A DNA stretch of 64,000 bases from Candidatus Zixiibacteriota bacterium (GTDB lineage: Bacteria > Zixibacteria > MSB-5A5 > WJJR01), in NCBI GenBank assembly GCA_036397555.1, contig DASWIS010000001.1, forward strand, positions 120,854 through 184,853, written 5' to 3'. The notes under the pieces were generated by a model. The model searched no databases. It was not told the origin of the DNA and saw only the letters and a list, made by a program, of their open reading frames with translations. Position 1 is the stretch's first letter. Each line of letters opens with the position of its first letter. The translations under genes and the position numbers were made by a program. Below, piece after piece: positions 49,409 through 60,900 of the stretch.

Positions 49409-50308
49409 ATGACCCACAGCAGAAGCATCAACAGCATCTGTGCGGTCGCCCTGCTGCTGACCGGCCCTGGCTGCACGCGCGGAGACACTCCCCAAATGGC
49501 TGAAACCAAGACTGCTTCGACATCGCGCCCAGTCGAATCAGGTCACGCTCCGGTCAACGGCATCCGCATGTATTATGAGGTACACGGCGGCGGAGATGAT
49601 GTCCCTCTCCTCCTGCTCCACGGGGGCGGGTCGACCATCGAAGTGACCTTTGGCCGGATCCTCCCTTTTTTCGCCTCACGCGGACGAGTCATCGCAGTCG
49701 AGGAGCAGGGGCATGGTCGCACCTCTGATCGCGTTGGACCGGTGAGCTTTGAGCGCACTGCGGACGATGTCGCGGCCCTGCTTCGCCACCTGGAGGTCGC
49801 ACGGGCCGATCTTCTGGGTTTCAGCAACGGTGCCAGTATTGCGCTCCAGGTTGCCATACGGCACGCGCCGGCCGTGCGAAAACTGATCTTTGCGTCGTCC
49901 ATCACGAAGCGGGATGGCGCAGATCCGCAGTTCTGGGAGTTCATCGCGCGGGCCGAGTTCTCTAATATGCCGCAGCCGCTTAAAGACTCATTTCTGCAGG
50001 TAAACCCGGACCCTGATCAGCTCAAAACCATGCATGAGAAGGATGCCGCGAGGATGCGCAGTTTTCAGGACGTGCCCGACAGTCTGGTGCGCTCCGTTCG
50101 GGCGCCGACGTTGATCCTCCTCGGCGATCAGGACATTGTGCGACTCGAGCATGCGGTTGACCTGACACGCATGATTCCGGGTGCACGGCTCATGGTTTTG
50201 CCGGGCGGACATGGAGATTATCTGGGAGAGTTATTGTCGATGTCCGGGGACGCATATTATCCCGCGTTGACGGCTGAGCTGATCAACGAGTTCCTCGATG
50301 CGCCGTGA
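49409..50308 (+). CDS. alpha/beta-hydrolase fold lipoprotein
   Basis: Lipobox LLLTGPGCT. HGGGS oxyanion region. GFSNGA nucleophile elbow. Confidence 0.7.
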   Translation: MTHSRSINSICAVALLLTGPGCTRGDTPQMAETKTASTSRPVESGHAPVNGIRMYYEVHGGGDDVPLLLLHGGGSTIEVTFGRILPFFASRGRVIAVEEQGHGRTSDRVGPVSFERTADDVAALLRHLEVARADLLGFSNGASIALQVAIRHAPAVRKLIFASSITKRDGADPQFWEFIARAEFSNMPQPLKDSFLQVNPDPDQLKTMHEKDAARMRSFQDVPDSLVRSVRAPTLILLGDQDIVRLEHAVDLTRMIPGARLMVLPGGHGDYLGELLSMSGDAYYPALTAELINEFLDAP

Positions 50309-50347
50309 TGCCCCGATGCCAGGGGCTGAGTGAGAGGGAGATGAGCA

Positions 50348-50370
50348 TGATGGAGGCGGGGGGAATCGAA
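50348..50370 (+). repeat. 23-bp direct repeat copy 1 (duplicate of the tmRNA 3' end; attR-like)
   Basis: tgatggaggcggggggaatcgaa, identical to 50676-50698. Confidence 0.75.
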
Positions 50371-50405
50371 TGCGCCGGAGGCGCACAAGCCCCTTGGGCG
50401 CAGCT

Positions 50406-50666
50406 TTACCCGCCGCTGGCGGGCCGCGCCTGATTCTCCCATTCGTCCAGCCACTTACGGCCCTGACCGGACTTCAGGAATTTCTCACGAATCCGTGCCT
50501 GTGCGTGATCGGTGTACTCCTCTGTAAAGATCAGACGGAAATCTCCAAGCATTCGGCTCACCGACGTGCCGGCCGATCGATGCTCATTCAGACGCCGCGG
50601 CAGGTTGTTAGTGATGCCAACGTACCGGCGTCCGGAATCACCGCGCAGAACGTACACTGTAACCAC
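50406..50666 (-). CDS. small GIY-YIG (URI-domain) nuclease-family protein
   Basis: VYVLRGDSGRRYVGITNNLPRRLNEH GIY-YIG core. 86 aa. Lies entirely between the two 23-bp repeats. Confidence 0.7.
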   Translation of the reverse strand: MVTVYVLRGDSGRRYVGITNNLPRRLNEHRSAGTSVSRMLGDFRLIFTEEYTDHAQARIREKFLKSGQGRKWLDEWENQARPASGG

Positions 50667-50675
50667 GGATGGCTT

Positions 50676-51037
<362 letters not shown>

Positions 51038-51824
51038 GAAGAGGACTTACTCTTCAGACATGAGCGTTACGCAAATCACGATTAACTGTTTGCGTGACAA
51101 ACAGATGTCCATACGGAGGCGCCGTTTGTATCTGACAACATGTTGACCATCAAGGGATTAGGCGATAATTGGGCTTCGGGCCCCGGTCTCTCTATGAGCT
51201 TTATGAGAGCACGGAGATCGCGGGAGGGCACGTTCACTCGCTCGCATCGTTTCCCGTCAATCGCGTCTGATCCGGGAGCCCTCCGCGGCGACTCGTGGAG
51301 CGCCTATCGGCCGATCAGCCGGCCAACTGCCACCTCAAAGGCAAAATGCGCTTGACAACCCCTGTTTGAAGCTTAATCTAATGACTGGGTTGGCCGAGTT
51401 TCGAGGCAATTGAGCACGCAGGAAATTGGGAAAAAGACCGATTGCGTCGTGGCCGGCTTCAGTTACCTCACTTACTAAAGAGTCTTTGCCCCTGGCCGGG
51501 TCCCACCCCGGCACCGCAAGACGGCAGGCGTTGGAGTCTAACGATCAGGTACTGCGCGAACGCGACAGATTCGCTTCGAGGTGGCGTACACGCAGATTCA
51601 GACGTGAATTCAACTAACGATCTCACAGGCGAACAATCGGCATTCTTGGCCTACTGTAAGGAGGTGGTAGCTGCCTAATCAGGTTGAATGAAACCTCAAC
51701 AGCAGGACCCGGCACTCTCCGCACTGCGGTTGCGAGGCGCCGGTGTCGCAGTGGCTCGAACGTCGTCGCATCGACGGCGAATCAGGAAACGAAGGATTCA
51801 GCACCTCTCTGCAAGGAGACACGA

Positions 51825-54800
51825 ATGACGGGGAAGATTCTCAAAGTTGGCGCTGCAATCTGCCTGGCGGTTCTCGTCTTGGCCGGTACCGCGAATGCTT
51901 TTGAGTCGCGGGACAAGGCCGAGAAATCCGACCGGATGCAGATTCTGCGCCAGAACGGCGTTCTCGATCGCTGGGAACATTTTCGCCAGAATGGGCTCAA
52001 CGCCCAATACCGGATTATCAAGGACCTCGGTCCGGATCGCGGGTGGCGTCCGGACATGCTTCATCCCTCGGCGGTTGAGAATGCGTATTCAATCGTCAAC
52101 GACCGCCCGAGAATGGGCTCAGGCAACAGTCTTCTCGATTTGGACACCTTGGCCCCAGACCCGCTCCCGGCGCATATCGCCAACACGTCGTACGACAGTC
52201 AGGCGAATGACTCCCAGGGGCATCAGATTGCGCGCAATCCCGGAGCAGACTTTGTCCACATGGTGTGGATTCACTGGGATGAGATTCCCGAAGACATCGC
52301 GGACGCCGATCGTTTCGTGAACTACGCTGCGTGGGATGTCTTGGCTGCCCCCGGATTCGAATTACTCCCCGGATTCGACGGTGCGTCGATCGGGCTCGGC
52401 AACTTTGCGCGCGCGGGCTTTGCCCGCATGGACGTCGACAGCGATAGCAAGGCCCACGTTGTATTCCATCAGTATCCGGATGTGGGTGAGGATCAAAGCT
52501 ACTCGGCGTGGCACATTTTCGTTGTGGACGAAGCTGAGGTCATTACAAGCCCCGAGCAGTTGCCGTTGATTCCGGCCAATCCGGAAGTCACGGAAACACT
52601 CTGGCCCGATGTGGCCATTACGCAGAACAACGGCTTGGCCAAAGACAACACGACCGACCTCTTCCACGTGATCGGCATGGGCGCCATCCCGGCCGGCCCT
52701 GGTTTCGCTTCGCCGTCGGGCGATTTGGCCTATTGGCGCTGGGATCAGGAGAATCCCGGATGGAACGCTCCGGTGATCATCGACTCGACGAACGGCGCGC
52801 TGTCGTATGTCATCGACGCCTGCGACGGGACCGACAAGGTCGCCGCCGTCTTCACGCAAAACTACGAGTCGCAGTGGAACAACCTGTTTAATGTCGTTTA
52901 CCGCGAATCGGTGACAGGCGGTCTGGGCTGGGTCGACGGTGCGGAGTTGGGCGATATCAACCGCGAGTATGTCACCGACTACTCCGACAACATCACGCCG
53001 GGGCCGCAGACGTGGGGACACATCTCCGTCCTGTATGATCACGACAACGTGCTGCACGTCTTCTGGGATGAGCAGCGTCAGGCGAATCTTTCCGACGACA
53101 TCGCGATCCGCCACTGGGATGACAACACCCTGGCGATTCGTCCGGTTGCCCTGGGCTACTACACCAACGACGCGAACTACGCCGGCCACCTGAACTTGAA
53201 CAAGCTGACCGCGGGTGTCGGCGACGGATCGGCGACGTGCGACGGCGATCCCAACACCAACTATCTCTACGTCACCTACACCAAGAATTGCGGTGAGAGC
53301 GTTGCCGAAGCCGAGGACTTCTCGAAATTCGGCATTTGCAACGGCGAGATATACATCACCGGTTCACGCGACGACGGCAATAGCTGGTCGCCGGGCCTGA
53401 ACATCACCAACACGAAGACACCGCAGTGCACGTCGTCACATCCCGACTCGGTCTGCGCGTCGGAAGTGCAGGCGACGATCGCGCGGGACATCAGCGGCTC
53501 CGCGGGCATCGACATCATCTACCTGCAGGATCTGGAAGCGGCGACGTGGGCTGACGGCAGCGGCTGGACCATTAACCGGGTGATGTACCTCAATCTCCCC
53601 GGCGGCAACGACGCGGACTATGTCTGCCCGCTGAGCTCGCCGAACTTCGCCGCGTTCATCACATCCGACGACGACTGCGAATACCATGCCGCTCCGAACA
53701 CGCAGAATCATGAAGACCTGACGATCCTCAACATCGGCAATGCGACGATGAACGGGAACGTATCCGTCCAGAATGATCCGTCGGGATTCCTGTCGGTCGT
53801 GCCGTCGGGCGCCTACAGCATCGGCGTGGGCGCGCCGGATTTAGTGGCGGACGTGGAAATGGACGCCACCGGCCTGACGCCGGGCCTGTACAACGCTGAG
53901 GTCCGCGTGTCGCACAATGACGAGACCAAGCCCGACACCGTCCGCATCTTCGAGGTCGCGTTCTTCGTGGCGAACTCCTTCTTCTGTCCGGAAGAAGAGA
54001 TTCTGCGCACGAATGTGACCAGCCCCGGCGTTCTCTGGATGGAAGTCGAGTCCAGCGGACGTTATGCCGCGGCGGCGCAGGGCGGTCTCTTGCGCATCAA
54101 AGACTCTTCCTATGTATTTGAGGAAGGTTCATTGGTTGTCGCTCACGGCACTCAGAACCCCGATACGGTCGCGTTCCACCGTTTCTTCAACCGATTCCCC
54201 GAAGATCCGGGACAGCGCGGCTACCGTGCCCTGGCCGACCTGGCTTTTGACACGAACGCGTACGAGAGCGGTGCCGGCCAGGTGACCGCGACCGCGTTGA
54301 TGTGCACGAAGGATTCATTGGTCGGTGTCGACGCGAAGTGGTTCTTCCCGCAGCATGCTGATTCGGCGAACTTCGTCATCGTCCAGTACACGGTGCGCAA
54401 CCGCACCAATCAGTTGCCGGGCGGACACCCGAACTTCAACCAGACGCTCAACAACATTCTGGTCGGTCTGTGGAACGACATCGACGTGGTTGAAAGCAAC
54501 AAGCAGAACGTCCAGCAGGGTTCGGATAACACCGGCAGCGATGCATTGCTCGATTCGAATTTCGTGTATCAGTACGGATTCGATACGGTCGGGCATGCCG
54601 ACGTGGTCACGTCGAAGAAGTTCTCCGGCGGCATCTCGTACATGAAGGGACGCGACGCCACCGGTGCGAGCTTCAACTTCACCGCTCCGGTGCCGATTCG
54701 TGCCGGCGTCAAGTTTAACGTCATCAACCAGACGCAGGGCGGTCCGACGAGCGAAATCCTTTATGCCCAACTCGACGGCGGCGCGGGCGTCACGATCTCA

Positions 54801-55271
54801 CCCAACTGGGGTATCGCCGACTCGACCGAGGACATGTTCACTTACTTCCAGCTCGATCACGGGCTGACGCTGGCGCCGGGGGCCTCGCAGTCGTATGTCG
54901 TCGGGATCGTGTCCGACACGCTCTCGCATCCCGACTACATTCCCGCGGGGCAGGACGGCGCAGTCACCAGTCTGCACCTGACCCTGCAGAAAGCGTGGAC
55001 GTGGGCCGAGGAGCGGTTGGGCTGCAACTGCCCCGGCTGGCCTGATCCGGCAGGAAACGGAACGGTCACCAACGTCTTCGACGTCGTCAAAGCCGTCGAC
55101 GTGGCCTTCCGCAACGGCACCGATGTGCCGGTGGCGGGCGGGGCCTGCCCGGTTTCCCACACGAACGTCGACTGCCTGAACGTCACGAACGTCTTTGACG
55201 TCGTGAAGTTCGTCGATGTCGCGTTCCGTAACGGGAACCCGGCAACAGTGTTCTGTACGCCGTGTCCGTAG
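51825..55271 (+). CDS. large secreted BNR/Asp-box-containing protein with C-terminal cysteine-rich dockerin-like double repeat
   Basis: Start MTGKILKVGAAICLAVLVLAGTANA (signal) with aaggaga RBS. SRDDGNSWS Asp-box. C-terminus NVTNVFDVVKAVDVAFRNG ... NVTNVFDVVKFVDVAFRNG ... FCTPCP, homologous to the C-terminus of the 4253..5896 protein. Confidence 0.7.
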   Translation: MTGKILKVGAAICLAVLVLAGTANAFESRDKAEKSDRMQILRQNGVLDRWEHFRQNGLNAQYRIIKDLGPDRGWRPDMLHPSAVENAYSIVNDRPRMGSGNSLLDLDTLAPDPLPAHIANTSYDSQANDSQGHQIARNPGADFVHMVWIHWDEIPEDIADADRFVNYAAWDVLAAPGFELLPGFDGASIGLGNFARAGFARMDVDSDSKAHVVFHQYPDVGEDQSYSAWHIFVVDEAEVITSPEQLPLIPANPEVTETLWPDVAITQNNGLAKDNTTDLFHVIGMGAIPAGPGFASPSGDLAYWRWDQENPGWNAPVIIDSTNGALSYVIDACDGTDKVAAVFTQNYESQWNNLFNVVYRESVTGGLGWVDGAELGDINREYVTDYSDNITPGPQTWGHISVLYDHDNVLHVFWDEQRQANLSDDIAIRHWDDNTLAIRPVALGYYTNDANYAGHLNLNKLTAGVGDGSATCDGDPNTNYLYVTYTKNCGESVAEAEDFSKFGICNGEIYITGSRDDGNSWSPGLNITNTKTPQCTSSHPDSVCASEVQATIARDISGSAGIDIIYLQDLEAATWADGSGWTINRVMYLNLPGGNDADYVCPLSSPNFAAFITSDDDCEYHAAPNTQNHEDLTILNIGNATMNGNVSVQNDPSGFLSVVPSGAYSIGVGAPDLVADVEMDATGLTPGLYNAEVRVSHNDETKPDTVRIFEVAFFVANSFFCPEEEILRTNVTSPGVLWMEVESSGRYAAAAQGGLLRIKDSSYVFEEGSLVVAHGTQNPDTVAFHRFFNRFPEDPGQRGYRALADLAFDTNAYESGAGQVTATALMCTKDSLVGVDAKWFFPQHADSANFVIVQYTVRNRTNQLPGGHPNFNQTLNNILVGLWNDIDVVESNKQNVQQGSDNTGSDALLDSNFVYQYGFDTVGHADVVTSKKFSGGISYMKGRDATGASFNFTAPVPIRAGVKFNVINQTQGGPTSEILYAQLDGGAGVTISPNWGIADSTEDMFTYFQLDHGLTLAPGASQSYVVGIVSDTLSHPDYIPAGQDGAVTSLHLTLQKAWTWAEERLGCNCPGWPDPAGNGTVTNVFDVVKAVDVAFRNGTDVPVAGGACPVSHTNVDCLNVTNVFDVVKFVDVAFRNGNPATVFCTPCP

Positions 55272-55318
55272 ATGCATGATCCCCGCGAGCAATCGCCCGC
55301 GGTGCAATAGGCAGTGAC

Positions 55319-55357
55319 AGCGGGATGTTCTTTCGAGAACATCCCGCTGTTTTTTTA
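55319..55357 (+). terminator. rho-independent terminator
   Basis: agcgggatgttc-tttcga-gaacatcccgct followed by gttttttt. Confidence 0.65.
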
Positions 55358-55398
55358 TTTGATGTTCTGCCTGGCGGTTCCAGGAGCGATCATTCGCC

Positions 55399-56406
55399 AT
55401 GACGGAGCACGAATTCGACTGGATTCGCGGCCTCGCCCGCCGGTTCGGAAGCGGTCCGCTTCCGTCCGGAGACTTGGGGATCGGCGATGATGCCGCGCTG
55501 ATTGCTTTGGTGCCGGGCGATCCAGCGAGTCCGCACCTGGCGCTGTCAGTGGATGCGCAAATCTCCGGCGTCCACTTCCGACCGGGCTGGCTGACGGATC
55601 GCGAACTGGGATTTCGGCTCTTCCAGATCGGATTCTCCGACATCGCTGCGATGGGAGCGCGCCCCCGGGGGGCGCTTTTGTCATTTGAGGTCGGTCCCGG
55701 ATACGATGAGTCCCGTCGCCAGGAATTCATGGCGGGGTTTGCCGAAGCCGCCGAGGAGTGCGGGGTTGCGCTGCTGGGTGGCAACGTGAGTGCGCGCGAG
55801 GCGGGATTCTCCGCGCACATTGTCGCAGTCGGCACGCTGCCGGACCGGCGCGCCCTCTGGCGGTCGGCCGCGCAAGTCGGCGACGGGGTATTCGTGATCG
55901 GCCGTCTCGGTTGCGCCTCGGCGGGTGTCCACGCGCTGGCGTCCGGCCGGGGAGACCCGGCGCCGGCGGACCTCCTGCTGGCCTACCGCCGTCCAACGGC
56001 ACGCTGCCGCGAAGGCCGCCTCTTGCTCGAATCAAAATGGGCGCATGCCGCCATCGACATATCCGATGGACTCGCCGCAGACCTCGGGCACATTTGCGAG
56101 GCATCCGGTGTCGGCGCCCTCATCGACACCGAGCGGATTCCCATCGGCAACGTGTTGCGGGACTGGTGCCGGACGGATGATCTGGACCCGCTTGAGTTTG
56201 CGCTGCACGGCGGCGAGGATTACGCACTTCTGTTTACCGCCCCACCCGATGCCGGGTCCCAACGAGCAGTCGAAGCATCGCTCTCGTCGTTTGGCGCAGA
56301 GTGCGTCAGGATCGGCACCGTCACCAACACCGGACGCCTGGAAGCACGCAGCGACGGCCGGACGAAGCTCTTGCCTGCGACCGGTCACGTGCACCCGCTG
56401 CGCTGA
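55399..56406 (+). CDS. thiL: thiamine-monophosphate kinase
   Basis: AIR-synthase-related fold. GIGDDAAL N-terminal motif. 335 aa. Confidence 0.8.
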   Translation: MTEHEFDWIRGLARRFGSGPLPSGDLGIGDDAALIALVPGDPASPHLALSVDAQISGVHFRPGWLTDRELGFRLFQIGFSDIAAMGARPRGALLSFEVGPGYDESRRQEFMAGFAEAAEECGVALLGGNVSAREAGFSAHIVAVGTLPDRRALWRSAAQVGDGVFVIGRLGCASAGVHALASGRGDPAPADLLLAYRRPTARCREGRLLLESKWAHAAIDISDGLAADLGHICEASGVGALIDTERIPIGNVLRDWCRTDDLDPLEFALHGGEDYALLFTAPPDAGSQRAVEASLSSFGAECVRIGTVTNTGRLEARSDGRTKLLPATGHVHPLR

Positions 56407-56571
56407 TCATCCCCAGCATCAAGTCTTGATTTCAGACTGTGGAGGGATTATGCTGGCGGCTCTTTTCGGCGCATCCCGTCGTCAATCCCAAAGCCACGGC
56501 GACGCCAGACGGGATGGCGAATCAGTCAACTTCAAACCGTCTTGCGACGGAATCGATCGGAGCGGCAAACG

Positions 56572-57255
56572 ATGAACGGACGGGCTGTTGTCGCGGAGTT
56601 GATCGCCGCCTTCGGATTGGTGTTTGTCGGCGGCGGCGCGGTGGTCATGGATGGAATGTCGGGCGGCGCGCTCGGCCTGGTCGGCATCGCGCTGGCGCAC
56701 GGAGTCGTGCTGATGACCATGGTGTATGCGACCGGGCACATTTCCGGCGCGCACGTCAATCCGGCCGTGACCTTGTCGCTGCTGGCAACCGGGAATATCG
56801 ATGCCAAAAACGCGGTCGGCTACATCCTCGGTCAGTTGTCGGGAGCGGTGATTGCCGCCGTTTTGCTGCGGGTGATTTTTTCCGGTTTTCCCGCCGCTGA
56901 TCTGCATCTCAGCGTGCCCGATCTGGGCGCCGGCGTTTCGCTGACTACAGGAATCCTCGTTGAGCTCGTGCTGACATTCTTCCTGGCTTTCGCCGTCTTC
57001 GGGACCGCAGTCGACAAGCGCGCTCCCAGAGGGGTGTACGGGTTGGCGATCGGCTTCGTGCTGATCTTCGACATCCTTATGGGCGGCCCGCTGACCGGCG
57101 CTGCGGTCAATCCGGCGCGTGCTTTCGGCCCGGCATTGGTCGCGGGCCACTGGAATGCCCATGTTGTCTACTGGATCGGCCCGGTTATCGGGGCGCTGAT
57201 TGCCGGCCTGGTCTACAAACATCTCCTGCTGGATCGGGCCCCCGCGCCGCGATAG
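56572..57255 (+). CDS. aqpZ: aquaporin (MIP family, AqpZ-like)
   Basis: Two NPA boxes (HVNPAVT, AVNPARA). Six predicted TM helices. Confidence 0.85.
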   Translation: MNGRAVVAELIAAFGLVFVGGGAVVMDGMSGGALGLVGIALAHGVVLMTMVYATGHISGAHVNPAVTLSLLATGNIDAKNAVGYILGQLSGAVIAAVLLRVIFSGFPAADLHLSVPDLGAGVSLTTGILVELVLTFFLAFAVFGTAVDKRAPRGVYGLAIGFVLIFDILMGGPLTGAAVNPARAFGPALVAGHWNAHVVYWIGPVIGALIAGLVYKHLLLDRAPAPR

Positions 57256-57962
57256 ACGCGGTCGGCCCTGTTCAACTTCTGACCCGGTGCAGACGCACGG
57301 GCCGGCGCCGATGGCGCGATTGTGCAAAGCGCTGCACCTCTCCCGGCGCCCGGCCAATTTGCCCTGTGGGGACCTCAGATTTTGGCGGATTCTTAACTAA
57401 TTATCGGGCAATGCGTTTCGGGGACGATTATTCAGAGTCTTCCTTGCGGGTCGTTCCGAACGGGTCTGTCCGGAGATTGGCACTTCGGATGCGTCGAAGC
57501 ATTCGGACATCCCGGCCTGCCGGGACTCCTTAACACTATTCTATCGAGTGATACGTTGATGACTGTTGACAACCCGATGAAATGCAGTATCATAGTGACT
57601 GGCTATCCAGCCTTTTCCCTACAAGGGCGCCGTTCGGGATTTGCCACCCCGAAGACAACGAAAGGCCTGTGCTTATCAGCATCTGATGTGACCGAGTGGG
57701 TGAGTGACAGCGGAAGACAGTGCCGTTTCCGTCGAGACACACGCTCAAGCAAACAGGCGAGTTGGACAGTTCAGCTACCGCGTAGCAGCTACGTTTTCAG
57801 GCGCCCCTTGCTGACGAGACAAGATGTTGGACGAGTGGTCCCGAGCAACTCATGCCGCGCACAACTTGCGTCCGGTGCGTCATGTTCGGCGATCACGATC
57901 AACGACGGAATCAACGCGTGAAAATCCATATGCAAACTGACTCCCCAAGGAGGACTGAGGGT

Positions 57963-60900
57963 ATGAAACGATTTCTCATCTGGCTGTGTGCGTGCTGTCT
58001 GGTCGTGTTGTGCACGCCGCTGGCGCATGCGGCCGACAGAGTCGAGGTGGAATCCAAGCAGGTCAACGCCGGCGATGCCGGAGTGACGCTCGGCGTCAAC
58101 GTGCAAAACGACGTCGATTTGTTTGGATTGGTGCTGCCCCTTGAGTTCCGCTCCATGACCGGCGGAGCATTCTACCGCAGCAATTTCAGTTTTGTGGTAG
58201 GCGGACGCTTCGCCATCGCGGGCTTCGTCACCCAGATTTACTATGGCGTCAAGCAGGTCAACGCGGGCGGCTGCGATAATCTGCCCTCGTACTCGGGCAG
58301 TGCGACCAGCGCCGGGACCGCGACCGATTTCTACACATCCCCGGACGGGACTATGTGGTCCGGAATCGCGACAGCGTCACCTTACGTAATCGGTGACGAT
58401 TTCACGTCCGGTACGCCGTCGTTTGTTTACACCTTCGACGTGGACACGCTGTGCGGCACCTTTGAAGTAGACACGATGTGCACGACCCCGGGCAACCACC
58501 TCACGGGCGTCGATGCCGGCTTCGGGCCGGTGCCCCTTGCGTTCTCGAAGGGCACCGTCACCGTCTGCGAGCCGGCCGGGAATATCCCGCCGGTCGCAGT
58601 GTGTCTCGCCGACAGTCTGGACTTTGAAGTCGATTCGCTCTGCAATGCCACCGTCACTCCGGGCGACCTCGACAACGGTTCGTTTGATCCTGATGGGATC
58701 ACGGTCGATCTATCGCTCAATCCTCCCGGCCCGTTCGGGCTCGGCTGCCATGATGTCTGGCTCGTCGTGACCGACATCGCCGGCGACAAGGATTCGTGCC
58801 TGACGAAAGTGTGCATCGTCGACACCACGCCGCCGGAGGCGAAATGCCCCGCCGACATCATCGTGAGTAACGACCCCGACAGTTGCGGCGCGATCGTCAA
58901 TTTCAGCGCCGACGGCAATGACAATTGCAGCATCGACAGTATCAGCTTCTCACACCTTCCCGGCGACTTTTACCCGGTCGGCACGACGACGGTCACCATC
59001 GTGGTGTGGGACGGCTCGGGCAATGCCGACACCTGCTCATTCGACGTGACCGTCAATGACGCGCAGGCGCCGGTCGCCAAGTGTCCGGCCGACATCGTCG
59101 TGTCGAACGATCCGGACAGTTGCAGCGCGGTCGTTAATTACAACGTGACAGGCAACGACAACTGCGGCATCAACAATGTGACTTATGACATCTCCCCCGG
59201 ATCATCCTTCAATGTCGGTACGACAACCGTCACGGCGACCGTCTGGGACGACGCGGGCAACGGCGACACATGCTCGTTCGACGTGACTGTCGAGGACACT
59301 GAACCGCCGTCGATCACGTGTCCCGCCGATACGATTCTCCCGAATGATCTGGATGCCTGTACCACGCGCGTTTTCTTCTATGCTTCAGCGCGGGACAACT
59401 GCGGCATTGACAGCGTCACATACGACCATGCGTCCGGATCGTTCTTCCCGATCGGCACGACGACCGTCACCGCGACGGCGTGGGATGCGTCGGAAAATTC
59501 CTCAAGTTGTCAGTTCGACGTGATCATCGAGGACACGCAAGCGCCCGAGGCCAAGTGCCCCGGCGATATTTTCGTCCAGGTCGGCCCAACGACGGACGAC
59601 ACGGTCGTGACGTGGCTGGCCTTCATCAACGATAATTGTGACAGCGGCACGGTCGTCTGCACGCCGCCGTCCGGTTCGACTTTTGGATTGGGCGCGACGC
59701 GCGTTTGCTGCGTTGCGACCGATGCGGCCGGCAATGAATCGGATTCCTGCTGCTTCGATGTGGTCGTGTCGCAGGAGCCGCTGGATGCGCCGCCGGTCGC
59801 GCAGTGTCTCGCCGACAGCACCAGCTTCTATGTTGATACGCTTTGCGAAGTGACCGTCACGCCCGCCGATCTGGACAACGGGTCGTTTGACCCCGACAGC
59901 GGATTGGTCGATCTGGCGCTGAATCCCCCCGGTCCGTTCGCACTGGGCTGCCATGATGTCTGGCTCGTCGTGACCGATGACGAGGGCGACAAGGACTCGT
60001 GCCTGATGAGAGTCTGCATCGAAGACACGATTTCGCCGACGATCGAGTGCAAGGGCGATACGACAGTTTATGTGGAGTTCGACAAATGCTACGTCGAGTG
60101 GGATGCCTACGCCTGGTCCACGTACAGTGACAACTGCGCGCTGGACTTTGTGGATTGCTACTTCGAGGCCCCGGGCAAAGGCATTCCGGAAACGCTCAAT
60201 CCCGGCATCTACACGTTCTGGTGTGTGGCGGTGGACGAGTCCGGCAACTCAGATTCGTGCAGTTACACGCTCACGGTGCTCGACACGATCCCCCCGGAGA
60301 TCAGTTGCCCGCAGATCGATATTCAGGTCGAAAATGATTCCGGGCAGTGCGGCGCCGTTGTGACCTTTGAGCGTCCGGCCACCGATAACTGCGAGATCGA
60401 TTCCGTCATCTGCGTGCCGCCGTCGGGCAGCTTCTTCCCGGTCGGCGTGACGCCGGTCGTGTGCACTGCGTACGATATCCATGGCAACCAAAGTGAGTGC
60501 CGTTTCAACGTGATCGTCAACGACGTTGAGCCGCCCGTCATTACCTGCCCGGATGCGGACACGATCTACACGGAGCCGGACCAGTGCTATGCCTTCTTCG
60601 CGCCGTCGGACGGCGTGATCGCGACCGACAACTGCGACATCGACCGCGTCGATTGCGGATACGACGACAAAGGCGGACTGGGCACGCAGCAATTGTCGCC
60701 CGGCACGTGGTATTTCTACTGCGACGCCATTGATGTCAACGGCAATGTCTCGCGCTGCTATCGTACCGTCACGGTGATCGATAACCAGGCGCCGGAGCTC
60801 AAGTGCCCCGACGACATCTACAAGACGATCTGCAATCCGCAGGGCGACACGGTGCAGTTCACGGTCGAGGTGAACGACAACTGCGGCGCGCAGTTCGGCT

